A DNA stretch of 64,000 nt from Trypanosoma brucei. Its lineage: Eukaryota. Shown in pieces: positions 54,114 through 64,000 of this stretch. Location: NCBI GenBank assembly GCA_000002445.1, contig CH464491.1, forward strand, positions 128,001 to 192,000, read 5' to 3'. Each line of letters opens with the position of its first letter. Within the stretch, counting starts at the first letter, position 1. The notes beneath the pieces are model-generated. The model saw only the letters and a program-made list of their open reading frames with translations. It searched no databases and was not told the origin of the DNA. A program made the position numbers and the translations under genes.

Positions 54114-56549
54114 TGCAAATGGCATCTTGGTGCACTTGTTCCGTTGCCGGGGTGATTATTTTCAGAGCGTATATACACCGCTTGTGGGTGATCGCGGTTT
54201 CAAGCCGGTTTGCTTTTGTTTTTGAGGACATGTATTGGGGGTGTTACCACTTTTTTGTTAATTGATATTGTGCACTTTTTTGTTTCGGTAAAAAGAAAAA
54301 AAATGACAGTGATATTATTTTTTTTTTTCGCTTACCTTCTATACATATATATATACTTGTCGGTGATACGTGTTTGTGTTTGGTGCTGATAATGCTTGCG
54401 CTGGGAGTTTCTTTTGTTGGTGTTTGTTTTCTCTGTAAATAAGATCGGCTTTCATTTCACTAATAGTCCTTGTAATATATCTTTTTTTTCTTTTTTTTCT
54501 AGGGGGCCATTAGTGCATGTAAGGAGCACTCTTAAGGGAACTTTTGTCAGCAGAATAATCAATGGTAAGTGTTGTACTTTGGCCATTGCGAGTGCGCTGG
54601 ACTTTGGGAGCTGGTACTGATACTTCTGTCTTGACGGATTCAAAAAAAAGACAAAAAACTTCACAACTTTTTCCGAAAGAAAGTGAAGTTTATCCTCTCA
54701 AATCAAGTGCGGATCTGTCGCTTTGCACACGCGCTGGTTGACAATAGATCGATGAGTGACATGTCTGATCACCCTGTGGTGCGGGTCTTTATTAATTGTC
54801 TTGCTCTTTATTGATTCATCTGTGCTTTGGCGACGTAGGCGGAGTAGAGGATTGCCAATTCCGTCCTTTGGAATGGTTTACCGTCTTATTTTATTTTGTT
54901 AACCCAGTTGTCTTATGTGTAATCCTTTATCGGCCGGTGCGAGCTGTGGGTGGGATGCCGATCGTTTTTTCTTCTGCAACGGCAGAGAGTAGTGCTGATG
55001 GATATCGGTAAAGGGTGTTTGCTGCGTTGGTGAAGTGAGTATGTCGATGGAAGGGTACGCATATAATTAATATATCTGGTGCTTTTTCTTCTTATTGAGT
55101 AGCTTTTGAGAGCTCGGGACGGTAAAGTTAGTTGCCGCATTAGGTGTATGTTGTTCTGGTTAATTTCTGTTCAGATCCTTACGGTAAGCACGAAACCATT
55201 ACACCTGGTATGCTTTAATCCGTTAATTCAGGCGGTTCCACATTTGGTTCAATCACTGAAATACAGCTGAATTTTTAAATTCTTGTTTTAAAATTACCTC
55301 ACTTAATAAAAGGAAGGAAATGACACATCAAAGTAATGGAAATGCTGCATTGTACACCTGTGGGTGAGCTGATGAAGTAATAAAATATGGACCCGCGCGT
55401 TAAAGCCGTTTGTTTCCATCAGCAATGCCCTCGTGTCGGTTGTTTTCCCTTTTTGTCTTTCCATTATTCCACTGTAAGTAGTTTGCTTGAATTACGGTTT
55501 GATAAAAGGAACTGATTCACCTGGGTGTCTGCCGTAGTCGGAAGGGTGGGCGGAAACGTTGCTGTTTTCTGTGAGGTAGTTAACTCTTTGCTGCTATAAT
55601 CTTTACAATACCGTTTTAAGATGTGTATGTTATTTTTAGGTGTAGTTTCCTGGCATTTTTGTGGACAGATGATGTTTGTCTACGTTTATGGAACCAGTAA
55701 GTAGGAAAAGATGTATGAATTAACAAAAGGTATTTGTGCATCAGTGACTAGCGTTTTTTCCTCGTGTACAGTAATGTCTCTCTGGTACAGTTATTAATTG
55801 TTAGAGCGCGGTGCTGTGATCTCGGGTGTAACAACTGAATCTTTTTTTTGTTTCCTTGCTGAAGTGTATGGCTCTTTCTGGAATAACACATATGTAATTA
55901 TGCCATTGCTTACAGTGGAAGTAGGGGTGGCTAACATAATGATTTGTCCTTTTGATAACACTGTATTGAAGGAAGAATTATCGCTCTTTTAGTTTTCCTG
56001 TTCTTTGTCTGTGGTCTTGTAAGTTGGTGATATTGTGTATTAAGCTTTCAATTTTTCTTTATAATTTGCAGTAGGCAGTTGTCTCTTGCGGTCATTTGGC
56101 CTACGGTATAGGATGTGTTAAGGTGTAGCTCACGTAAGTAAAGTTCATGATCGAATTCTTTTTGATTTTCGTTTTCACACATTTGATCCTTAAAGACTTA
56201 CACATGCCCTCTTTTTCATTATTATTATCTTGTTCATGAGTTGATGCGACATTGGTGGGTAGGGTTAGATGACCTTTTCTCTTTGACGCAATATGTCGCG
56301 GTTGTTACGTTCGCTTAGACACCAACGTCTCTTGTTTGTTATTTATGTATATTTGGGTACAACCGTTTTTCATTCGTTTCCCTTTGTCTTATAGTAACTT
56401 CATATATATATATTAATTTTAACGAGTTTGTATTTTTGTTTTCCTTACAATTATTGTAACCTACCATTCGGTTTATCACCCATACTATTATTACCCTTAT
56501 TTTTCTTTCTTGATATAGACCTTGAGTTCTTCTGCTTTAAATCTACACA

Positions 56550-57050
56550 ATGTCTGACGATGAGGGACAGTTTGCCGAAGGCGGAGCGCAGGTGGGCTCT
56601 CTGACGTATCCGATGCAGGCAGGCGCTCTGAAAAAGGGCGGCTACATTTGCATTAATGGACGTCCGTGCAAGGTAATCGATCTTTCAGTGTCAAAAACTG
56701 GAAAACACGGTCATGCAAAGGTGAGCATCGTTGCCCTTGACATTTTCACCGGAAACAAGATGGAAGATCAGGCCCCCTCAACTCACAACGTTGAGGTGCC
56801 CTTCGTGAAAACTGCAACGTACAGCGTACTGGACATTCAGGAAGATCGTGAAGACCCCAGCAAGCCAGCTCACCTTTCGCTCATGGACGATGAGGGTGAG
56901 ACTCGGGATAACCTGGACATGCCTCCCAACGCGGAACTCGCAGGGCAAATCAAGGAACAGTTTGATGCAGGAAAGGACGTTTTGGTCGTTGTTGTTTCTG
57001 CTATGGGAATTGACCAGATTCTCAGTTTCAAGAATGCAGCTGAGCGATAA
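56550..57050 (+). CDS. EIF5A: Eukaryotic translation initiation factor 5A
   Basis: Hypusination loop [11 protein letters not shown] within [12 protein letters not shown]...[36 protein letters not shown]; 166 aa. ATG at 56550, preceded by a polypyrimidine tract (56494-56512) and an AG at 56517-56518. Confidence 0.93.
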   Translation: MSDDEGQFAEGGAQVGSLTYPMQAGALKKGGYICINGRPCKVIDLSVSKTGKHGHAKVSIVALDIFTGNKMEDQAPSTHNVEVPFVKTATYSVLDIQEDREDPSKPAHLSLMDDEGETRDNLDMPPNAELAGQIKEQFDAGKDVLVVVVSAMGIDQILSFKNAAER

Positions 57051-57393
57051 GGCCGTAAGTTCTAGGTTAATATATTTTTTTCTTTATCTTTTTCTATACA
57101 ATGTCTTAAAAGAAGAGTATGAGACACCCATGTTCTAAATTGTTAGCTGATTTTGTCGAGAATAGGGGTTATGTAGCCCCGTGTCCGTGTTTGACGTTGT
57201 TGATGTAACTCTCGTGCTAAGAGGTCATGAAAATTTGCCTCTCCCAGCTTCTCTTTGTGCTTTACAAACACATACACACACAGAAAAAAAAGGAGCGCAT
57301 AACGAGCGGTTGTATATATGTATGTGTACGTACACAATAAGGATAGAGGAGAGACTAGGAATACTTTCTTCACGAGGATAAGGCCCTTTTAAT

Positions 57394-60348
57394 ATGACAA
57401 GCAAACATAGTGCTGTATTAACTATAACCGAAAAGGGTGATTGGAGAACTGCGAAAAATGGCGAGAAGGTATGGCGGTATATGGTGCAAACGGCACCGAC
57501 GATGAGAGCTCGCTGCAGAAAATGTTCACAACCTATTTTAAAAGGTGACCTGAAATGGGGAACTCCTATACGTCATTCCCATGGAGCGTATGGGTGGATT
57601 ACCGCCTGGCATCATGTGGGGTGTACGAGAATTGCTGAACGTAAGGGCTTTAGTGACATAGTACATGGAATAGACTTACTTCCACCTGAGAAACGGGCGC
57701 AGGTCGTTGCGGAGGTGACATCCGACTCGATGCCTGAGCATTTACTACCTTTGAATCCTGACGATTTAGTAAAAAAACCTCTTCTTCCCGAAACTGAAGC
57801 ACCAGCTGAGTTGCTAAGACCACTTCTTCGTTATCAAAAGGAGGGTCTTGGCTGGATGGTGTCACAGGAGTTGTCTCAAGTTAAGGGGGGAATATTGGCT
57901 GATGAAATGGGTATGGGTAAAACAATCCAGATGATCAGTCTTTTTCTCGCCCGTCGCCTCGTGGGACCTACACTGGTTGTTTGCCCAGTTAGTTCAATGC
58001 TCCAGTGGGAATCTGAGGTGAAAGACCATGTGGTGTCCGGTTCCCTTTCGGTGGTAGTGGTGAGCCGTACCAAAAATGTGAGAAGGGATGATATTCAAAA
58101 TGCTGATGTGGTTTTGACTACGTATCCGATGCTCGAACAGTCTTGGAGGGAGCTAGTCAACAAGAAAAGAGTTCCATGCCCTTACTGCCAACAGCTTTAT
58201 TTGCCGCGGCAGCTTGTTGTGCACAATCGGTATTTTTGCGGGCCTCATGCAAAGAAAACTTCTAAACAGGCGAAGCGTGAAAAACGACAAGGTGGCACTG
58301 GTTCTTCTCCCACTCGAAAAGTTCAAGCAAAAGAAACGATTATGAAGGGGCTTCGTACGTTGCGTGTCGATGTTGACGATAACGCGGAGGAAGGGGAGGA
58401 TTCTGTGTTCGAGGAAGGACCACGGGGTGTTGTTGGACCAATGGGCTTGTATCGTGAGCTCATGGTTGAGGCCGGGCGCAAAGTTAGGAGCCGTTGGGAC
58501 CCCGCGTACGTGGGAAGTGACAGCAGTGGGGATACCAACAATTCTACCACAGAAAGTTCCACCTCATCGGAACGGGATGACTCAGAGGAGGTGTTGTCGA
58601 AAGAGGAGGTGGCCGATGACAAGCTTAGCTCGTTCCGGTGCTTGCACTGCGGGTTTCAGTTGCTACGATACCCGTTTTGCCCTAAGATAGGGCAATGTCA
58701 CGTTCTCTCTGATTATATGAAACAAATAATTGAGACTGACGACGGTAGTGACGGCGTTGACCTATCTCAATCAGTTTTCCACTCGGTAACCTGGAGTCGG
58801 ATTGTTCTGGACGAAGCTCATAGAATAAAAGGTAGCAACACAAGTACGTCAAGGGCTGCCTTTGCCTTGGTAGGTGAGCACAGGTGGTGCCTCACGGGAA
58901 CCCCTCTACAAAATCGTGTAGGGGATGTGTACAGCCTGGTTCGTTTTCTACGGTTGGCGCCTTATGCAAGGTATTATTGTGGAACTGAGGGGTGCTCCTG
59001 CTCGTCCTTTTCTCATCCATTTTCTGGAAATGATTTACGACACTGTATATTTTGTGGTCATGGACCGGTCCAACATTATGCTTATTTTAATCGCCATATT
59101 TTAAATCCTATAATACGTTATGGTTACGTTGGCGACGGCAGGCGGGGAATGATGATGCTCTCTAATGAAATCCTCCAGAAGTGTATGCTGAGGAGGACGA
59201 AGGCCGAAAGAGCAAGCGACTTGCACTTGCCGCCAATGACCGTGGAAACGTTCCAAGTAAAGCTGACCGATGAGGAGAGAAGCTTCTATGAGTCGTTGTA
59301 CAAAAAAAGCACTGCCGCTTTTGATACCTTTGTTGAGAAAGGAACGGTGCTTCATAACTATGCCCACATCTTTCAACTTTTGAGTCGTTTGAGGCAGGCT
59401 TTGGATCACCCACTGATTGTCATTAATTCTATGAATGTCGGTGGCTCGTCGTGCTCGAAGGGGATGTGTGGAATTTGCACTGAGAGTTGTGGAGAGAACT
59501 CAGTACAGGTTGACCCTTGTAAGCATACCTTCCACCGGATTTGTCTTTCGCAATTTGTCGAAAGCCAACCTTTAAAGGAATATAATTGCCCTGTGTGTTA
59601 TGTGGCTATCAACATCGACCTGCGGAGTCTACACTCAGGGTGGGACGAAGACGGTGCCCAACCTGTTCTTCCTCCAGAGTTAGTTCACTCAGACAACGAA
59701 AGCGATGAAAACAACGTTGAGGAGGAAAGTAAAGGGAGGAAACTAGATGATTCTGCGGAGGGGAAATCCGCTCGAGCGAGATCGGTCAAGAAACGAGGCA
59801 TACTCTCCCGGATTGATTCATCAAAACCTCTTCGAGGGACGAAACTGGATGCCATAACAGAATACATTTGCAGCATTCCAGAGGAGGAAAAGGTAATTGT
59901 GTTTTCTCAATTTGGGGATACTCTGGACCTCATTCAGTTGTGGTTACAGAAGGTGAAAGTAAAGACGGTGAAACTTGTGGGGTCGCTCATGTTATCGCAG
60001 CGGCAAGCGGTTCTCAGGGCTTTCTTGCATGATAAGAGCGTTCGAGCCATCCTTATTTCTCTCAAGGCCGGTGGGGAGGGTTTAAATTTACAAATTGCTA
60101 ACCATGTTGTACTTGTTGATCCTTGGTGGAATCCCGCGGTTGAAATGCAGGCGGCGCAGCGAGCCCATCGTATTGGGCAGACGCGACCCGTTCGCGTGGT
60201 CCGTTTTGTCACTGAACGTTCTGTAGAGGAGCGCATGTTGGAGTTACAAGAAAAGAAGATGCTGGTTATTGAGGGGACTATCGATGGTAAGGTAAGTTCG
60301 CTGCAGAGTCTTAGCGAGGATGATCTTCAGTTTCTGTTCACGAGGTAG
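57394..60348 (+). CDS. SNF2-family DNA-dependent ATPase with N-terminal PARP-type zinc finger and embedded RING finger (RAD5/RAD16-like)
   Basis: zf-PARP-like N-terminus (ARCRKCSQPILKGDLKWG...GWITAWHHVGC). SNF2 motifs LADEMGMGKTIQ (I), DEAHRIK (II), LTGTPLQN (III) and helicase-C SLKAGGEGLNLQIANHVVLVDPWWNPAVEMQAAQRAHRIGQTRPV. C3HC4-type RING CGICTESC...CKHTFHRICL...CPVC between the helicase lobes. Confidence 0.88.
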   Translation: MTSKHSAVLTITEKGDWRTAKNGEKVWRYMVQTAPTMRARCRKCSQPILKGDLKWGTPIRHSHGAYGWITAWHHVGCTRIAERKGFSDIVHGIDLLPPEKRAQVVAEVTSDSMPEHLLPLNPDDLVKKPLLPETEAPAELLRPLLRYQKEGLGWMVSQELSQVKGGILADEMGMGKTIQMISLFLARRLVGPTLVVCPVSSMLQWESEVKDHVVSGSLSVVVVSRTKNVRRDDIQNADVVLTTYPMLEQSWRELVNKKRVPCPYCQQLYLPRQLVVHNRYFCGPHAKKTSKQAKREKRQGGTGSSPTRKVQAKETIMKGLRTLRVDVDDNAEEGEDSVFEEGPRGVVGPMGLYRELMVEAGRKVRSRWDPAYVGSDSSGDTNNSTTESSTSSERDDSEEVLSKEEVADDKLSSFRCLHCGFQLLRYPFCPKIGQCHVLSDYMKQIIETDDGSDGVDLSQSVFHSVTWSRIVLDEAHRIKGSNTSTSRAAFALVGEHRWCLTGTPLQNRVGDVYSLVRFLRLAPYARYYCGTEGCSCSSFSHPFSGNDLRHCIFCGHGPVQHYAYFNRHILNPIIRYGYVGDGRRGMMMLSNEILQKCMLRRTKAERASDLHLPPMTVETFQVKLTDEERSFYESLYKKSTAAFDTFVEKGTVLHNYAHIFQLLSRLRQALDHPLIVINSMNVGGSSCSKGMCGICTESCGENSVQVDPCKHTFHRICLSQFVESQPLKEYNCPVCYVAINIDLRSLHSGWDEDGAQPVLPPELVHSDNESDENNVEEESKGRKLDDSAEGKSARARSVKKRGILSRIDSSKPLRGTKLDAITEYICSIPEEEKVIVFSQFGDTLDLIQLWLQKVKVKTVKLVGSLMLSQRQAVLRAFLHDKSVRAILISLKAGGEGLNLQIANHVVLVDPWWNPAVEMQAAQRAHRIGQTRPVRVVRFVTERSVEERMLELQEKKMLVIEGTIDGKVSSLQSLSEDDLQFLFTR

Positions 60349-60701
60349 GTCGTGGACTGCAGCCCGCCTTTCTGCCTTCTGTTCAAAACAAAACAAAACA
60401 AAACAATCCTATTAATGTGTTTGTTATCTCTTTTCTAAAATTCAGTGTGAACGGCGACTTTGGTTGTGTGTGCTGCACTTGAAAAGGGTAAATACATGGT
60501 GTTCCACTAGGTCATCCAACATTAACTCGTTGACTGGTCAGTGTTAACTCTAAACGAAGAACTCTCCGTGCTTTGAATTAGTTTCTGTTTTCTTTTTTTT
60601 TTTCGTACTGGTATTAGTGGTGGAGGAAAAAATTTAAAAGGGTGATTTATAATCGCAACAACAGGATATATATACAAGCTTAAAGGACCCATACTGTCAG
60701 A

Positions 60702-61928
60702 ATGGGTGTTTCGCTACCAAAGCCTGTCATGACGCACCTGCGGGAGCGCTGCGGGAATGACATATTTCGTTGCGGCTCTAGTTGCGTTAACGGATACCGA
60801 GAAAGTATGGAAGATGCACATCTCGTCTACCTTCAACCTTCATGGGGGTTCTTCGGTGTTTTCGACGGTCATGTTAACGATAATTGTTCACAATTTTTGG
60901 AAGGTGCTTGGAGGTCTGCCCTTGAGAAGGAAAGCATGCCCATGTCGGATGACCGCATGAAGGAGCTTACTCTCGCCATTGACAAAGAATGGATGGACAA
61001 GGCCTGTGATGGTGGGAGTACGGGTACCTTTTTCGTTGGCATGAAAGAAAACAACACCGTTCATCTGCAGGTGGGGAACGTGGGTGACTCGCGTGTTTTG
61101 GTTTGCGTTGACGGTAAAGCCAGGGCTATGACGGAGGATCACAAGCCGAACAACGCAGATGAAAGACGCCGAATCGAGGAGTGCGGTGGTCGTGTGGAAA
61201 GCAACCGCGTGGATGGAAGTCTAGCTGTAAGTCGGGCCTTCGGAGATCGGGACTATAAGGCAAATCCAAGTGGTGGCCAGCTTTCGCAGAAGGTCATCGC
61301 TCTCCCAGATGTGACTCATGTGGACGTGACTTGGGATAGCAAAGACTTCGCCGTACTATGTTGTGATGGTGTTTTTGAAGGTCAATTTTCCAATGAAGAG
61401 GTTGTGGACTTTATTAAGGAACAGATGGAACAAACGGATGACCTCGGCCTCATAGCCGGAAGAGTTTGCGAAGAGGCTGTCAATCGCGGTAGTCGCGACA
61501 ATGTGTCCTGTGTCATCGTCCAGTTTAAGAGCGGCAAAGATTATGCAACAGCCGAGCACCTGGAGGTAGTTCCCGGACCGTTTTCCGTCCCCCGCAACGG
61601 TACTTTCCGCAAGGTGTACAGTCTCATGGCGGAGAAGGGGGGCATGACAACGCAAGAGGTGCTAGAAAAGCGTTACGACTATCTGGCATCCCTGGAGGAT
61701 AAGACAGCGCATATGGAAGAGTGGAAGGGCTTCAAGGATGGTCCACCGGCGAACCTGGAGGGAAAGGAGCGCACGGAATGGTTTTCTGAGCTCTTCGAGC
61801 AGTACGCAGCGGAAACTCCGTCAGACCCCAGGTCGGACAACATGGAGCGCATCCAAATGCTGCAGCAGCAGATAGGCATTCCGTTGCCCATGTTGCTTTC
61901 CATTATGTCGGGGCAGTCGGAAGAATGA
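60702..61928 (+). CDS. Protein phosphatase 2C (PPM family) with C-terminal extension
   Basis: PP2C motifs FGVFDGH, GSTGTFFVG, GNVGDSRVLV, DHKPNNADERRRIEECGGRV, SLAVSRAFGD, DGVFE, SRDNVSCVIVQF. Confidence 0.9.
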   Translation: MGVSLPKPVMTHLRERCGNDIFRCGSSCVNGYRESMEDAHLVYLQPSWGFFGVFDGHVNDNCSQFLEGAWRSALEKESMPMSDDRMKELTLAIDKEWMDKACDGGSTGTFFVGMKENNTVHLQVGNVGDSRVLVCVDGKARAMTEDHKPNNADERRRIEECGGRVESNRVDGSLAVSRAFGDRDYKANPSGGQLSQKVIALPDVTHVDVTWDSKDFAVLCCDGVFEGQFSNEEVVDFIKEQMEQTDDLGLIAGRVCEEAVNRGSRDNVSCVIVQFKSGKDYATAEHLEVVPGPFSVPRNGTFRKVYSLMAEKGGMTTQEVLEKRYDYLASLEDKTAHMEEWKGFKDGPPANLEGKERTEWFSELFEQYAAETPSDPRSDNMERIQMLQQQIGIPLPMLLSIMSGQSEE

Positions 61929-61934
61929 GTCCAC

Positions 61935-61982
61935 ATGTGTGTCTGTGCGTGTGCGTGTGCGTGTGCGTGTGCGTGTGTGCTT
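61935..61982. repeat. (GTGTGC)/(TGCGTG)n hexanucleotide repeat immediately downstream of the PP2C stop
   Basis: tgtgtgtctgtgcgtgtgcgtgtgcgtgtgcgtgtgcgtgtgtgc, seen directly. Confidence 0.9.
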
Positions 61983-64000
61983 GTATTTCGTGCGACGAAG
62001 GGGGGACTTGGTGGAGGTTACCAGGGTTTATCTATGAAAATGGCACCCGTCGGGAAGTCGTCTAATCGCTGTTGGAGGTATGCAGAGGCAAACAACAAGA
62101 TGATTTCGTTTATATCCACAGGTGTTGCTAGTTGTTTGACCACACGAAGTACCCGGGGGTGTAGCAGCTCCAACTTAATCAACAGCCGAAAATGTGACTC
62201 GACATATTTGTGCGGCCAAGGCCAGTGTGCTTGTATGCTTGCCTTCTGCCATACTTGGTCGTCTCGGTATGCCCGGTTGTATGTATTTAGGCAAAGGTCA
62301 ACTTTATATATGTACGTTTCTCGTAAGGGCGCCTCTATATATGTTATATATATATATATATGTATACATATACGCATATATATATATCATTTGTTTACTT
62401 TTAAAGAGGATTAAAGATGAGAGGCAAATGCTAAGGAAGGTTGGGGCGACGCTTAGTATTGAGTTTTGGATGACGTGGACAACGTGAATAGAGGAGGTAA
62501 TGTGATTCCCGCCGTGTGGCAACCTGGGATTGTGGCAATCCAAAACTGTGTTTCTACTCACGCAGGAGGAGGGAGGGGAACCGCAGATGGGAGATGAGGC
62601 AACCCGAGCAGTGGCGACATTTTTGATACACTGACCGACAAAACCTCTTGAACTGGAAGAGTAGCGCGAACCGGTGATCACACACTAATTGGAACTCAGT
62701 CATCATTGACCGCGCTTCCGAATGCCCTTTTTTATATGGGTCCGAATTCTGCACTTCCCTGGTTTAAGCTTGTGGTTGCATACAGGCGCATTTTCCCTTT
62801 TATTTCCCGCCCTATTTTTTCACTATTTCGCTGCTGTGTACAGTTTTATCATTCTGAACCGCGCGTTTGATCGCAACCTGTCGTAGTTCATTGTGCCGAC
62901 TATATTGTTGTAGGACCAATTTTTGGCAACAAAACGATGGGAGGAAAAGAGAACAGGTGGAGAAGGAATGCGCTCGACAGTGGGCGCATCAGAGGAGGAA
63001 CTACCACACAAGGTGGTTTGAATGTGGATGGAAACCGTCTCTGTTTGTGGTAGCGAAGGTGCTTCTCCAACGCTTCCTCTACCGTCTGTCACTCACCTTC
63101 TGATATGCAAAAGGGGCAAAAAAAAACACCAATCGGTAGCACATGCATTTTTTTCTTTTAAGGGGGGGGGGAGTCGTAGAGTGTGGCAATGACGTTCCAA
63201 TTTGCGTGATGCCATACCAACACTTCTTTTTTTTTTTTTGCCCTATTGACGCCTGTAAAACCTTTTCGAGGTCACTATGGTGGAAGAAAGGGTGCCGTTG
63301 GTTCTCTTTTCCATGCCACGGGCCATTCGTGATGGAATTGGAACTACCTCCCCTTGAGCGTGCTCCCCTGTCGACTTTGTTGTGACATGCGGTGCCAGAG
63401 TGTGTTAGTGGTTGTTGAACCAAAGAAATATGAAACTACGTGTTTGGACCTTTTAAGATTTTTGTTCCAGCTTAGCTTTTTCGGTCTTTGTTCTCCTGCT
63501 GCTTTTGGTGGCTGTACTGGGGTGCAGAAGTGCGTTCTTTTAGTGTGTTTCTAACCCCCAGAGACCTGTTGTCAGAGAGAGGAAAGAAAGAGCATACACA
63601 TATATCTATATATCTGCATTTATATGTATATGTATATATGTGTGATGACCTTTATGTGTTGTACACACTTAAGCACCGACGCGCAAACGCATGAGCACAC
63701 CCGCGAGGATGGGTGTGGGCTCATTTTACACATGTTGTCTAGGTTAGGTGGTGGGAGAATGGAGGAGGTGAAGGGAAGGGAGGAAGAAGAGGAATGGGAG
63801 AAGCGGTGAGAAAGAGTAAGTGAAGTGTGCTGGAGTAGTAACCTTCGAGAGCATGGTGTGCGACGTTGTGCCTCTTATGCAACATTTATAACTAAGGGCT
63901 TCGTAACTTCCTTTTTGTGTTGGTCCGGTTAGGCCGGTGAGCGGGTGAGAGAATTAACCATGAAAAGGAGAAAACAGGAAGAGGGGAAAAGGAAAAGGAA

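Larger units (their letters stand above)
47043..56549. promoter_or_regulatory. Divergent strand-switch region (putative bidirectional RNA pol II transcription start region) between the minus-strand and plus-strand polycistronic units
   Basis: All genes from 881 to 46940 are on the minus strand and all genes from 56550 on are on the plus strand. The plus strand is GT/T-rich from about 53.7 kb onward and A/C-rich before about 47 kb. The retroelements, a G10 tract and a (TA)28 lie inside this region. Confidence 0.7.

Noticed and set aside
1-64000. Search for tRNA genes (B-box GGTTCGAnTCC / GGATTCGAACC), snRNA or SL RNA genes, particularly in the strand-switch region
   Set aside because: No convincing B-box/A-box pair was found by eye on either strand. 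Candidates such as 55236-55250 and 38420-38432 lack the flanking stems. Small RNAs cannot be excluded without a covariance-model scan such as tRNAscan-SE or Infernal.
1-64000. CRISPR arrays, operons and other prokaryotic-type systems
   Set aside because: The sequence is clearly eukaryotic (trypanosomatid). The only repeats are microsatellites and retroelement copies, with no regularly spaced direct repeats carrying unique spacers.

Overview
The window reads as a nuclear chromosome segment from an African trypanosome of the Trypanosoma brucei group. Genes are intron-less and densely packed in long same-strand arrays, with A/T-rich low-complexity intergenic DNA. The retroelement pair is ingi/RIME-type. 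Its 2A peptide (SSIIRTKMLLSGDVEENP...) matches, from memory, the published T. brucei 'TSR1' 2A sequence rather than the T. cruzi L1Tc one. The gene order (RRM protein, ABC transporter, SCD6, Raptor, Pol I RPA2, EpsinR, L21e ... eIF5A, SNF2, PP2C) fits my recollection of the start of T. brucei chromosome 11; that is recollection, not a database result.

About 23 protein-coding genes lie on the minus strand between positions 1 and 46,940. Three lie on the plus strand from 56,550 onward: eIF5A, a SNF2/RING/zf-PARP helicase and PP2C. The region between roughly 47.0 and 56.5 kb is therefore a divergent strand-switch region, and it is occupied by the retroelements. These are an ingi-like non-LTR retrotransposon with an intact 1102-aa 2A-APE endonuclease-RT ORF, and next to it a second short 5'-end copy. 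The short copy carries a canonical Pr77 promoter and is bracketed by a 12-bp direct repeat. GC-rich ORF-poor flanks, a G10 tract and a (TA)28 microsatellite complete the strand-switch region.

No prokaryotic-style system (CRISPR, operons) is present. The most interesting material is the retroelement architecture at the putative transcription start region, plus a few unusual domain architectures and unassigned small ORFs. The supplied ORF track uses non-ATG (TTG/GTG) starts, so several CDS starts were moved to the first in-frame ATG, which I checked in the sequence.
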